Source: Octopus vulgaris (taxonomy: Eukaryota). Taken from it: a stretch of DNA of 64,000 nucleotides. Positions 13,197 through 24,239 of the stretch are shown piece after piece. The notes beneath the pieces were generated by a model that did no database searches, was not told where the DNA came from, and was given only the letters and a program-made list of their open reading frames with translations. How positions within the stretch are numbered: position 1 is the stretch's first letter; each line of letters opens with the position of its first letter. The position numbers and the translations under genes were made by a program. Location of the stretch: contig OX597822.1 of NCBI GenBank assembly GCA_951406725.2, positions 73,656,001 through 73,720,000 on the forward strand, written 5' to 3'.

Positions 13197-14103
13197 CATA
13201 ATAATAACAACATTTTCTACTAGAAGCACAAGGCCTCAAATTTTGGGAGTGAAGGACTAGTCGATTACATCGACTCCAGTGTTTCACTGGTACTTAAATT
13301 ATCGACCCCGAAAGAATGAAAGGCAAAGTCGACCTCGGCGGAATTTGAACTCCGAATGTAGCAGTAGACGAAATACTGCTAAGCATTTTGCCCGGCGTGC
13401 TAACGTTTCTGCCAGCTCGCTGATTTTTTGATAAAAATCATAATGTATTTCTTTATTGTCCACAGGTGGGGGGCTAAACATAGAGGGGACAAACAACGAC
13501 AGACAAAAGGATTAAGTCGATTACATCGACCCCAGTGCGTAACTGGTACTTATTTAATCGACCCCGAAACGATGAGAGGCAAAGTCGACCTATGCGGAAT
13601 TTGAACAGCGAATGTAGAGGTAGACGAAATACTGCTAAACATTTAGCCTGGCATGCTAACGATTCTACCAGCTCGCCGCCCTTTTGATAAAAATAATAAT
13701 AAGTTATTTCTTTATTGCCCATAGGGGTGCTAAGCATAGAGAGGAAAGACAAGGACAGAGAGGGATTAGATCGATTACATCGACCCCAGCGTTTCATTGG
13801 TACTTAATTTATCGACCCCAAAAGGATGAAAGGCAAAGTCGACCTCGGCGGAATTTGAACTCAGAACGTAACTGCAGACGAAATACCTATTTCTTTACTA
13901 TCCACAAGGGGCTAAACACAGAGAGGACAAACAAGGACAGACAAACGGATTATGTCGATTATATCGACCCCAGTGCGTAACTGGTACTTAATTTATCGAC
14001 CCCGAAAGGATGAAAGGCAAAGTCAACCTCAGAACGTAGCGGCAGACGAAATACCGCTAAGCAATTTCGCCCGGCGTGCTAACGATTCTGCCAGCTCGTC
14101 GCC
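12697..14103 (-). mobile_element. Head-to-tail array of about six SINE family B copies, partly separated by (AAT)n
   Basis: Repeated tcgaccccagt...tggtactt...aaggcaaagtcgacctcggcggaatttgaactcagaacgta...gctaacgattctgccagctcgcc. Confidence 0.9.
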
Positions 14104-14224
14104 AACAACCAGCAACAGAACAATGCTTTCTACAATTAAATAATATAAACTCCATCAGATAGACACGCACACACTTGCATAAATGTATGTGTAAAGACGT
14201 GTGATGCAGCGTATTGGGTTGCGT

Positions 14225-14268
<44 letters not shown>

Positions 14269-14484
14269 AACAATGTAGATAGGTGTAACTAAGCCATTCG
14301 ATTACTTACGTTCAATAGAATAAATACCGACGTGAAATATGTACAGGATTTCACATGACTCATTACAAAGAAAAACCGTTAAAAATCATGTCTTAATATG
14401 GCCGCAATCAGATAGATTCGTTGTCAGTATTTATACTAAACAGGTTCATTTTGAAGACGTATTACAATATTACGATGGTAGCTG

Positions 14485-14840
14485 GTTCCGGTTGACAGTA
14501 CCCAGTATGAGCCCCTATCCAGGGTTACGGAAAAGAGACAACCTTCAAAGAAATCCGGCGTGGAGCCCCGTAGGTGGTTTAGTGTTCGACTCGACACTCT
14601 TCCGGCAGCTCCTGCAACCAAGCTAGTGCCAAACGTAATGTTCTGCACTCCTTTGGACTATGTCAGCAAGGTCGAGGGAGGAATCCTGACGATTGGGCTA
14701 CCCAGGATTTTCTTACATCTAGCTCGGGCCTGCGCAAAACTGGAGAGGACATGAAATGTAAAAATGAGACTGGATTAGTTTATGCGCAACTCCATTATCT
14801 TCCGAGACAAAAGGGTGCCAACAGCTCGAAAGCTAAGCTA
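14485..14840 (+). mobile_element. Possible LINE (RTE-like) 5' UTR remnant
   Basis: GC-richer island with cttccggcagctcctgcaaccaagctagtgccaaacg; resemblance from memory only, no coding support. Confidence 0.35.
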
Positions 14841-15290
14841 CTCATATATAACGTTTGAGTCCTTCATCGTAAGGTGTTTGCCTTCATATAGCGTATTTTA
14901 GGACAAAAGAATTTGGTGGAGCAATGCTTTCTCCAAGCTATATATGGGGCGTCTTTTACAGCTTTGTTATATACAACAGCTGTGAGCTCTTTTTAATCTT
15001 CTGGAACTGTAGTTTAAATGGAGCGCAACCTTCATCGACCCCTTCTGCTAGAAATTAATCTGCTGCGTATTTCCTCGTCCTCGATAGATAAAACAGGCAA
15101 TATAGTTGTATTTCAATAGAGGTATAGTTATTTATTTATTTATCTATCTATTTATTTAATGTACTTGCATAGCAAGTGATCTGATCTAAGATCGTGTGCT
15201 GAAACAAAAACAATTGCAGCGTGGAAGGTGCTTATAAACCATTTAAAAACACACAGAAACCGTTAGATTCACTTCAACATATAAATTTAA

Positions 15291-15341
15291 TTTGTCAAAA
15301 TATTTTCGTCGCTTTGATACCGCGACCTGTTCACTGACAAA
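15291..15341 (-). ncRNA. Minimal type I hammerhead ribozyme candidate, G3:C8 core variant
   Basis: tttgtca GTGAACA g gtcgc-ggtatcaaa-gcgac GAAAA ta TTT tgacaaa: 7-bp stem I, 5-bp stem II, palindromic stem III. Confidence 0.7.
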
Positions 15342-15361
15342 ATTCTGTGCAGCACCGAATC

Positions 15362-15410
15362 TTGTCAGTGAACAGGTCGCGGTCTCAAAGCGACGAAAAT
15401 ATTTTGACAA
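15362..15410 (+). ncRNA. Minimal type I hammerhead ribozyme candidate, G3:C8 core variant
   Basis: ttgtca GTGAACA g gtcgc-ggtctcaaa-gcgac GAAAA ta TTT tgacaa. Confidence 0.7.
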
Positions 15411-15908
15411 ATTAAATTTATATGTTGAAGTGAATCTAACGGTTTCTGTATGTTTCTTAAATGGCTTATAAACACCTTCCACTCCACAATTGCATTTATT
15501 TATTCTTTTATTCTTTAACTGGTTTCAGTCATTTGACTGCGGCCATGCTGGAGTGTTCCAATTTGCACCCTGTTTTAGTATTTCTTTTTCTCTTATGGCG
15601 GACAAAAGGCTTAACAGCATTTCGTACGTCTGTATGTTCTGAACTGAAATGCTGCCATGGTTGACTTTACCATTATCCTTTCGAGATTGATAAAATAAGT
15701 CCCAAGTGAGGGCTAGTGTCAATGTAATCGAATGGCCCACTTCACCAAACTTGCTCGCCTTGTGTCAAAATGTAAAACCTCTCTCTTTCTGTACGGAGGT
15801 AAGGAGTGTACGAAGGAAAGGAAGAAGGAATGAAGACAGGAAGTAAGTAAGATACGAAAGCAGGAAAGGAGGAAGAAAGACAGGATAATAAATGAAAGTA
15901 CAACTTAC

Positions 15909-16038
15909 CGACCCGTGGCTGGTACTTGGATGGGAACCTCACCTCGGCAACAACACCATCCGCGTTGACAGCAAGTAGTCCATATATGGGAACGGAGGGG
16001 AGTCTTTCAGAATCAATCGAAGTTGTTAAACTTGCAGT
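15909..16038 (-). CDS. Coding exon: TASLTTSIDSERLPSVPIYGLLAVNADGVVAEVRFPSKYQPRV+1 nt, C-half of the FN3-like domain
   Basis: catttTcAG|130 nt|GTAAGT; phase 0/1; LP...Y...AVN.DG FN3 signature; within ORF 15742..16077. Confidence 0.85.
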
Positions 16039-16083
16039 CTGAAAATGTATACAATGTATATATATATATTCATACATACATAC

Positions 16084-16562
16084 ATTATTATTATGTTATG
16101 GCTGCCCCCTCGTTATCGAGTATGGCCATTGCACGAAGCTTAACTGTTACTGGTGCTGTGATCGAATGTGACTTTTTATCCCAGCCAAAGATCTACAATG
16201 TCTTGTACAGAATTGGCAACTAAAACCTTTACTGGTAATAGTCGGCTGTAGTTGTAACTGGGCATCATGCACCTTTGCATGTCATTTAAGTCCTCCTGCC
16301 GAATTACACTCTCTTCCACATGCCCGACAGACATGATTACTATGGTGTGTTACACCAACACCAGTGGCCAGGTTGTCACTCATCTGTCTCGCTTTATGAC
16401 TACGAAGATGACTCTTGAGTCCAGCTTTACTGAGGCAGGGTCTTGCACAAACACTGCATGTCAGCATCATAGGAAGACCCTTCCCATCTGGAAGTGTAAC
16501 AGCGATGCTCTTCCTGACATCCCTCATTACTTTCTCATGTGCAACTCGAGATTTCTCAAGAT

Positions 16563-16610
<48 letters not shown>
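16084..16610 (-). mobile_element. 3' end of an RTE-like LINE with three C2H2 zinc-finger motifs
   Basis: CSVC..CLSKAGLKSHLRSH, CRAC..CNSAGGLK*HAKVH, CQFC..CRSLAGIKSHIRSQH; stop at 16147-16149; short UTR ggccatactcgataacgag and (TAA)n tail. Confidence 0.75.
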
Positions 16611-16623
<13 letters not shown>

Positions 16624-16635
16624 AATGATAAACGT

Positions 16636-16983
16636 CTCCCTTTTCAAGCCTAGCCAGGCTCATGGGCCCGGTTTTCCGGTTTCTGTGGCGTATGTGTTCC
16701 CTCCAGCTGGACGGTACGCCAGTCCATCGCAGCGTTACTCATGAACCAGGAAGAGAGAGTGAGAGAAAGTCGTGGCGAAAGAGTGCAACAGGGGTCACCA
16801 CCTTGAGGAGTTTTTAGTCGAATGAATCGACCCCGTTACTTACAATTTTCTTTAAGCCTGCTACTTAGCCTATTGGTTTCTTTGACTAACCGCTAAGTTA
16901 CGATGACCAAAACGCACCAATATCGGTTGCCAAGTGGTGGTGGTGGGGAAGGTAAACGCAGACACAAAGACACACACAAATCG

Positions 16984-17024
<41 letters not shown>

Positions 17025-17455
17025 CGACGGGCTTCGTTCAGTTTCCGTCTTGCCGTTTTTCCAAATCCATTCACAAGGCTTTAGTCGACCTAAGGTTTTA
17101 GCAGAAGATATCTGCTGAACATGCTATGCAGTGGGACTGAACCCGGTTCCATGTGGTTGGGAAGCAAACTTTTAACCACACAGCCACGCCCGCGCAAAAG
17201 ATAAAAATGAAAATAAAGGATATAAATTAATCCCGAGATATATAGACTCCTCAGATCGATTTCCCGGTGTCAGTATCGTATATATTCTTCCTGGATGGGA
17301 CGCCAGTCTGTCGAAGGAACACTCATTTTTGCCAACGGATTGGAGCAACGTGAACATGAAGTGTTTTGCTCAAGAACACAATACATTGCCTGATCCAGGA
17401 AGCGAAACTACAATCTTATGACCGTGAGTCCAACACCCCTAAGCACTAAGAAACA
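16636..17455 (-). mobile_element. SINE cluster: body C + tail Y (16636-16802), family A (16800-17195), body D + tail Y (17255-17455)
   Basis: Module homology to other copies in window. Confidence 0.75.
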
Positions 17456-18124
17456 CACCACCACTGTTTATGCTTGAAAATATTTCGCGTTCTTATATTT
17501 TTTGATCGCATTAGAAAAGCAAAAAAAAATTTTAAAATTATTTTCTCGTCCAGACAAAACAACAACAACAAAAATAAGCCAGGTGATTCATCTAATGGGG
17601 AAAGTAATGATTATTATCGTGTTATCTTAGATCTTTGCCTCCTCCGACTACCGAACTAAACTAAAGCATTTTCAAGCAACCCCTTGATAATATATATCCT
17701 GCCCCCCAACCCCGCAGAAATTAATTTCATTAAAGTAATTTAATTTACTTATTTTACATGAAACCATTAACATATGGATTTCAACGCGTGTGTATGTGAG
17801 AGAGAAACAGAAACAGAGAGGGTGACAGTGTGTGTGAGAGAGAGACAGAGAGGAGGAGGGGATCGCACGAAATGGCCCAAACTTTGGAATTCATGCACTT
17901 AATTTTCCGAGGTAACGTCTTTGAGGGCAATTTAGAACATGGTATCACGTTATATGCCACCTTATTCTAGAGAACCATAAAAAGTCTGCTATGAAAAGCT
18001 ATAATACTTCATGCCAAAATGCTCGGTTGTATGGCAGCATAGACGAAAACAGCAGCAAAAATCACTTGAGTTTCCATAATATTTTCACTACAAGTCTGAA
18101 ATTAAAACTGAAAAAGTGCCGTGT

Positions 18125-18497
18125 GTTTATTTCTTTATTGCCCACAGGATTGGGTGTGTGGGGGCTAAACATATAGGGGACAAACAAGGACAGACAAAGG
18201 GATTAAGACGATTACATCGACCCCAGTGCGCAACTGGTACTTATTGAATCGACCCCGAAAGGATGACAAGCCAAAGTTGACCTCGGCGGAATTTGAACTC
18301 AGAACGTAACGGCAGACGAAAATGTGTCGTGTATTCTTTTCTACTCTAGATATAAGGCCCGAAATTTTGGGGGAGGGGGGCCATTCGATTAGATCGACCC
18401 AGTACGCAACTGGTACTCAATTTATCGGCCCCGAAAGGATGAAAGGCAATGCCAACCTTGGCGGAATTTGAACCCAGAACGTAACGGCAGACGAAAA
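18125..18497 (-). mobile_element. Two adjacent 5'-truncated SINE family B units with different tails
   Basis: Both end at gaacgtaacggcagacgaaa; one has the gtttgtcccct tail, the other the ggccccctcccc tail. Confidence 0.85.
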
Positions 18498-18619
18498 AGT
18501 GTCATGTATTGAACTAATGAAAACCTAAAAAATGCTGTACATTTGTTATATATTCATTAGGAGTTCAATACACGGCATATACAGTACAACAATTCCAGTT
18601 TTAAGTCAACAGTACAAGG

Positions 18620-18870
18620 GGCGTGTGATTAAGATGTCGCAGCAAAAAAGATCGCAAAATGGATTCTTCAAGCCAGTTCAACCGACAGGTAACCAACCTA
18701 GGGGTAGACCAAGAGTGGTATGTTTGGATAATATCCGTAGTTTCAGTTGGTTACGCTTAGGAATCCAACCGTAACGTGTAATGACTGTTGCTTCTGATTG
18801 GAATTGATGAAGGAGGTGCCCGAGGATTCTACCCCACCCAACGATCTTTCCTGGAATAATGGGTGACGAA
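18620..18870 (+). mobile_element. RTE-like LINE ORF2 C-terminal remnant
   Basis: Translation PTGNQPRGRPRVVCLDNI matches the G.RPRGRP..W.D.I motif of RTE ORF2 ends. Confidence 0.65.
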
Positions 18871-18894
18871 GACAGGTGGATGGATTTGAGCTTC

Positions 18895-19605
18895 TTTTAT
18901 CTTTTGCTTCCTTCGGTCACTGGGCTATGAGTCTAATCGAACAGATCGATCCCAATACAATTTTTCCATTAAACCTGGTACTTTGTTGCTCTTTTTGCCG
19001 GACTGCTATCTACCGGGGACATAAACAAAACAACAGCGGTTGTCAAGCTGTGGTGGGATACAAATATACACCACACACACACACATATATATAAATACGA
19101 TGGTTTTTTTTTTTAGTTTCCGTTTATCAAATCCATTCACAAGGCTTTAGTCGGCATAGGGCTATAGTAGAAGACACTTGCCCAAAGTGCCACGCAGTGG
19201 GACTGAACCCAGAACCATGTGGTTAGTAAGCAGACGTCTCACCACCCTTCCACGCTGTGCATGGTATACTTTACGATTAAAATCCTTTATTCGATTTCAT
19301 TGTTGTTCGTTACTTTTCAGTTCTATTGAATTTTTCCTATCATTTATTCAAAGAGGGAAGGGCGGCGCTCTTTTATTTTCTCCGGAGCTAGCTTTCTGAA
19401 ACTCGGATAGAAAGAGGGAAGGAAGTTATCCTCTAAGCAGACACGAATCCCGAATATTAACAACAGAGTGAACTCTTTTAAGGGCAGCTGAGAACCACGT
19501 GGTTACCCGGGTGACGGATAATGTCTACTGCACAAGAATCAAAAACTGGAACAAACAACAGCAAATTTATCTTGCCCCACTACAGACATACATACACACA
19601 CATAT

Positions 19606-19666
<61 letters not shown>

Positions 19667-19970
19667 AAGGATGGAAATATCCAGTATAATCCGAAATGAT
19701 AATCCAGTGGTGTAATAACATCAAAGAATCAGAATAGAGTATCCAGAATGAAAAGGCGGCGACCTGGCAGAAATGTTAGCACGCCGGGTGAAATGCTTAG
19801 CGATATTTCGTCTGTCTTTACGTTCTGAGTTCAAATTCCGCGCAAGTCGGCTTTACCTTTCATCTTTTTGGGGTCGATAAATTAGGTACCATTTCCGTAC
19901 TGGGGTCGATCTAATCGACTGGCCCCCTCTCCCAAGATTTCAGGCCTTGTGCCAAGAAAAGAAAAGAAAA
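18895..19970. mobile_element. SINE family A (18895-19250 -) and family B (19754-19970 +)
   Basis: Family landmarks. Confidence 0.8.
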
Positions 19971-20469
19971 TCTAGGGTGAATTAGTGAATGTCTGCGTGA
20001 GCATGTGATATATTTAAATTGCGAAATTAAAATAACGCACGAAAGACTAGATAAAAGATATTGTAATTAGAGTAACGATCAAAGAAAGATAAAAGATAAA
20101 AGTCTACAACCTTTCGGATATCGATACTTCTTCGTAAAAGAAAAAAAAAAAACGGGTAGAAAGAATATGCAAAAAAACCCCCCCAAAACATAAAATGAAA
20201 CAAAGATTTTATTAAAGTGTTCTAGCTTGTTTTTCTGCATAGGTGTACCTAGCAATGAATGTTCGTGTGGCTGAATGGTTAAGAATTTTATTTCGCAATC
20301 ATGAACGCTCTAGAGGTCCAAGTGTAAGATGACAACAGAGAAAGGAGTTGAGAATTACGTCGCAACGTTAACAGGCAACGATGAATTCGACAATAATGGC
20401 GACGACAAAGATGACGACCATGATGATAAAGGGGGTTTTATATGACGATGATTATAATGATACATTTCT

Positions 20470-20670
20470 TTATTCATCTTTTATCTGTTTCAGTCAGGGG
20501 GGGAGAGGGAGGCAACACCTCGAAGAATTTTTAGTCGAATGAAACTTCTCCAGAACATTTTTTTAAAACCTAGTACTTATTCTATCGGTCTCTTTTGAGG
20601 AACCGCTGAATTTTCGGGGACATAAACGCACCAACACTGTACTAGGAGTGAACAAACACGAATACATACA

Positions 20671-20701
<31 letters not shown>

Positions 20702-20839
20702 TCTCTCTGTTTATTTTCTCTTATTTCTTTCTGTTGAAGAGCGTAGGCTCGAAACGTAAAATTTTTTCCGGGCGTCACACAAATACACTTGCTTGTTGTT
20801 CATACACCTGTCTTTGCCTTTTGTCTTTCTATAAATTCC

Positions 20840-20874
<35 letters not shown>

Positions 20875-21057
20875 CATACATGTATGTATATATACGACGG
20901 GCTTCTTTCAGTTTCCGTCAACCAAATAAAGTCACTACGTTTTTGTCGGCTCAAGGCTGTAGTAGAATACACTTGCCCTAGTTGTCATGTAGTGTGGCTG
21001 GACCCAGAACCATGTGGTTGAGAAGCAAGCTTCTTATCACACAACTACATCTGCGTC
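20470..21057 (-). mobile_element. SINE family A with a nested family G element in its microsatellite
   Basis: Family A halves flank 20700-20846. Confidence 0.75.
20700..20846 (+). mobile_element. Family G Penelope-like tail with degenerate HHR (20725-20762)
   Basis: ctgttga a gagc-gtag-gctc gaaac gta; tail homologous to 40262-40400 (-) and 43433-43520 (-); ends caactata into (TA)n. Confidence 0.7.
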
Positions 21058-21411
21058 TGTTCATATTAATTTTGGAGATCAAGACAAAATTTTATAAACT
21101 TAAAAAACAAAAGAAATTATTGTTGAAATGAAGTATAGGAATGAATCGAAATCGAATATGCTACATTTTTATAATTATATTTTAAATTTTAGAAATAATG
21201 CATTTCTAAATCTCGCAGAGAGAGTTATACAGTTGCACGATAAAGTGGTGGTTTGTTGCCCAATTAATGTTGCAATCCCAGGAAAGGGAAGAATGCTACT
21301 GTTATTTACTCCCAAGAAACACCGTTTCTAGTTGGCTACATGACACAAGCGTTCTGTGTCCTTACGTTTTCAAACAGGGGAGATAAGCACCGCCACACAA
21401 CAAAGCCAGCA

Positions 21412-21454
21412 TCCAGAAACTAGTTTCAGGTTTGTTGCTCTTCATCAGTCTGGA
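21412..21454 (-). ncRNA. Minimal type I hammerhead ribozyme candidate, intronic, sense to host gene
   Basis: tccaga CTGATGA ag-agcaacaaac-ct GAAAC ta GTT tctgga: perfect 6-bp stem I, intact core, palindromic AAACTAGTTT; stem II weak. Confidence 0.7.
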
Positions 21455-21552
21455 GAAGCTTGGCCTTGCTAGCTGTCGGTGCTAAATCGCTGTTGAAAAC
21501 TTATAGAATTAATCAAAAGAAAGCTTATTATTAATATTTAAAGAATCCTTAC

Positions 21553-21746
21553 CTGCTGAAATGTTTTCCATCCACTCTGTTGATGTCGTTTCCGACTAAG
21601 TAAAATATAAACTAAGTGACCAAAAGTATCCGGTGCTTGTCCACTAATTTTCTTTGGTTTTTTCCATTTGATTAGTACATTTCTACCATAATCCTTCACG
21701 TTAGGTAGGTCCAAGAATCGCCCCGTTCGCTTTCGATTACTTTCTT
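21553..21746 (-). CDS. Coding exon: (K)ESNRKRTGRFLDLPNVKDYGRNVLIKWKKPKKISGQAPDTFGHLVYILLSRKRHQQSGWKTFQQ, N-half of an FN3-like domain
   Basis: tttatttacttattttgaatAG|194 nt|GTAAGG; phase 1/0; open frame; V-x-I-x-W-x-x-P...VY-x-L pattern typical of FN3 strands B and C. Confidence 0.85.
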
Positions 21747-22274
21747 CTATTCAAAATAAGTAAATAAAAATAAATAAAATTCTAATAAAGACTGATGTCA
21801 TAAAAATTTATAAACTTCGAGAAAACGTGAAATAATTCTTTTTTGGAACAGCGGATCTTGAAGCGGATAGAACTATAAATAACAGTGTGCAAATATTGGG
21901 TTAAAAAAACCCACTTTGGATAGGAAAAGTCGAAGTTTACCGTGGGACATGTTTACAGACGATAAGAAGATATGGGTTCGTATCCCACTCACAACCTTCA
22001 ATTTTTTACTCTCAAAAAAGATTTTTGATCTAATATTTACACGATAATTTTTATATAGCTTTATCTGCTTCGAGATTCACCGTTCTAAAAACCAATGAAG
22101 ATTTTTGACATTGGTACAAAGTTACAAACGTATAGGAGAGGGGAGCATACCTGATTGAACCAATGTTCAATATGTTGGTAATACTTCTTTTTATTTTACT
22201 CCAGTAGAATAAACAAACGACAATTCGGCCCTAAAAAGGTTTGTAACTAAAAGGGTTTGCAATAAAGAAATAAG

Positions 22275-22840
22275 AAACGCCGGGCGAAATGCTTAACAGT
22301 ATTTCGTCTGTCTTTACGTTCTGGGTGACAATTCCGCCGAGGTCGACTTTGCCTTTCATCCTTTTTGGGTGGTCAATAAATTAAGTACCAGTTGCGTACT
22401 GGGGTCGATCTAATCGACTGGCCCCCTCCCCCCAAATTTCGGGCCTTGTGCCTTGAGTAGAAAATAATATTGCAGAGAGATGACATTTATTACAGAGAGA
22501 CATTTAGTTGAATGTTCTACCGTTCTTGCCCCTCTCCTGGCTGCATTTCAAATAAACTAGTAATAGTGATGTTTGAAGCAAATAGGCTCAAGGCCATATC
22601 TTTCTTTTCGTAGCGGAGAAGTATGTCGAAGGAAAATGACCGCCTTATAGTATTGATTGCAGCGAGCTGACAGAGTCGTTAGCACTCTGGACAAAATGCA
22701 TAGCGGCATTTCTTCCGGCTTTACGCTTTAATTTCAATTTCCGCCGTGGTCAACTTAACCTTTCATCGGGGTTGATAAATGACATCGATCATCCCTTTCT
22801 CCCAAATTTCAGACTTTGTGCCTATATTAGAAAGAATTAT
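22275..22840 (+). mobile_element. Two SINE family B copies (22275-22470, 22660-22840)
   Basis: Family landmarks. Confidence 0.75.
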
Positions 22841-22951
22841 ATTACTGCTTCTTTCTTCTTCTTAATGTTCATGCGGACAAGAATGGTTAAGACATCATTG
22901 ATTTTCATTTCTGCCAAATCTTACTCCAAGACAATAGATTTTACTTGTGTA

Positions 22952-23331
22952 AGCACTCCGTCGGTTACGACGACGAGGGTTCCGGTTGATCCGAATCAAC
23001 GGAACAGCCTGCTCGTGAAATTAACGTTTAAGTGGCTGAGCACTCCACAGACACGTGTACCCTTAACGTAGTTCTCGGGGATATTCAGCGTGACACAGAG
23101 AGTGACAAGGCCGGCCCTTTGAAGTACAGGTACAACAGAAACAGGAAGTAAGAGTGAGAAAGTTGTGGTGAAAGAGTACAGCAGGGATCACCACCATCCC
23201 TTGCCGGAGCCTCGTGGAGCTTTTTAGGTGTTTTGGCTCAATAAACACTCACAACGCCCGGTCTGGGAATTGAAACCGCGATCCTATGACCGCGAGTCCG
23301 CTGCCCTAACCACTGGGCCATTGCGCCTCCA
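22952..23331 (-). mobile_element. Full-length SINE body C + tail X with TSD
   Basis: tRNA-like head ggaggcgcaatggcccagtggttagg; TSD agattttactt at 22936-22946 and 23333-23343. Confidence 0.9.
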
Positions 23332-23473
23332 CAGATTTTACTTAACAGGACTCGAATCTGAAATCCTTTTTGGACAATTTTTGTTTTCTCATCCACCGAT
23401 ATCTTTCCAGGTACATGGCGGTGGTTTCTAAGATTACAGTTAGCTAGTCAAACGAATAAAAAATCAGACTTAC

Positions 23474-23516
23474 TGGAATCAAGTTTGAAATTGCAGACCA
23501 TCTTACATCCGAGTTC
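23474..23516 (-). CDS. Coding exon: ELGCKMVCNFKLDS+1 nt
   Basis: ttgtatttgcAG|43 nt|GTAAGT; phase 0/1; completes C-x3-C-x3-C-x-F with the previous exon; phase matches the next exon. Confidence 0.75.
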
Positions 23517-23726
23517 CTGCAAATACAACAATTGTAGTTGAATACAAAGCAGAGGAAGGTCTGTGATATGGAACATATAACAATAGTGGTCAATGAGGTC
23601 AATAACATGGTAGACAATGGTTTGTGATGTGAAGGGTATCTACAGTACAGTTCTATATCTAAGAGATGAGGAATTATCTGCATTATTTACATTCGTCGGA
23701 TATTTGTCCTCGTCTTGTTTGTTGTT

Positions 23727-23772
23727 AACACAACATTTCGGCTGACATACCCTCCAGCCTTCATCAGGTGTC
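23727..23772 (-). ncRNA. Minimal hammerhead candidate (family F, left arm; sense to host gene)
   Basis: gacac CTGATGA a ggctg-gagggtatgt-cagcc GAAAT GTT gtgtt. Confidence 0.65.
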
Positions 23773-23830
23773 TTGGCGAAAATTCGAACCTAGGTTCTCA
23801 TTCCTAAGGTATTTTTCGATGTTGTTGTTG

Positions 23831-23885
<55 letters not shown>

Positions 23886-24060
23886 TACTATTATTATTAT
23901 CATTATTATTATTATTACTATTATTATTCCGGTCACTGCCTGGAATCGAATTTGGAATCTAGGGGTTAGTAGCCCGCGCTCTAAAACACTACGCCATATG
24001 CCCGTGGGCATATGGCGTAGTTTTTAAAAGATACCGAGTTAGTTCGATTCCAGGCAGTGA

Positions 24061-24130
<70 letters not shown>

Positions 24131-24193
24131 TATAATAACAACAACATCGAAAAATACCTTAGGAATGAGAACCCAGGTTCGAAATTTCCCCAA

Positions 24194-24239
24194 GACACCT
24201 GATGAAGGCTGGAGGGTATATCAGCCGAAACGTTGTGTG
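24194..24239 (+). ncRNA. Minimal hammerhead candidate (family F, right arm; intact core)
   Basis: gacac CTGATGA a ggctg-gagggtatat-cagcc GAAAC GTT gtgt; predicted cut after 24234. Confidence 0.75.

Larger units (their letters stand above)
15160..15493. mobile_element. Palindromic element centred at 15351 with a variant hammerhead in each arm
   Basis: ~140-bp inverted arms; single-arm homolog at 57905-58097. Confidence 0.9.

Noticed and set aside
20100-20140. Minus-strand gaagaa...ccgaaaggtt hammerhead-like string
   Set aside because: CUGA box absent and no convincing stem I
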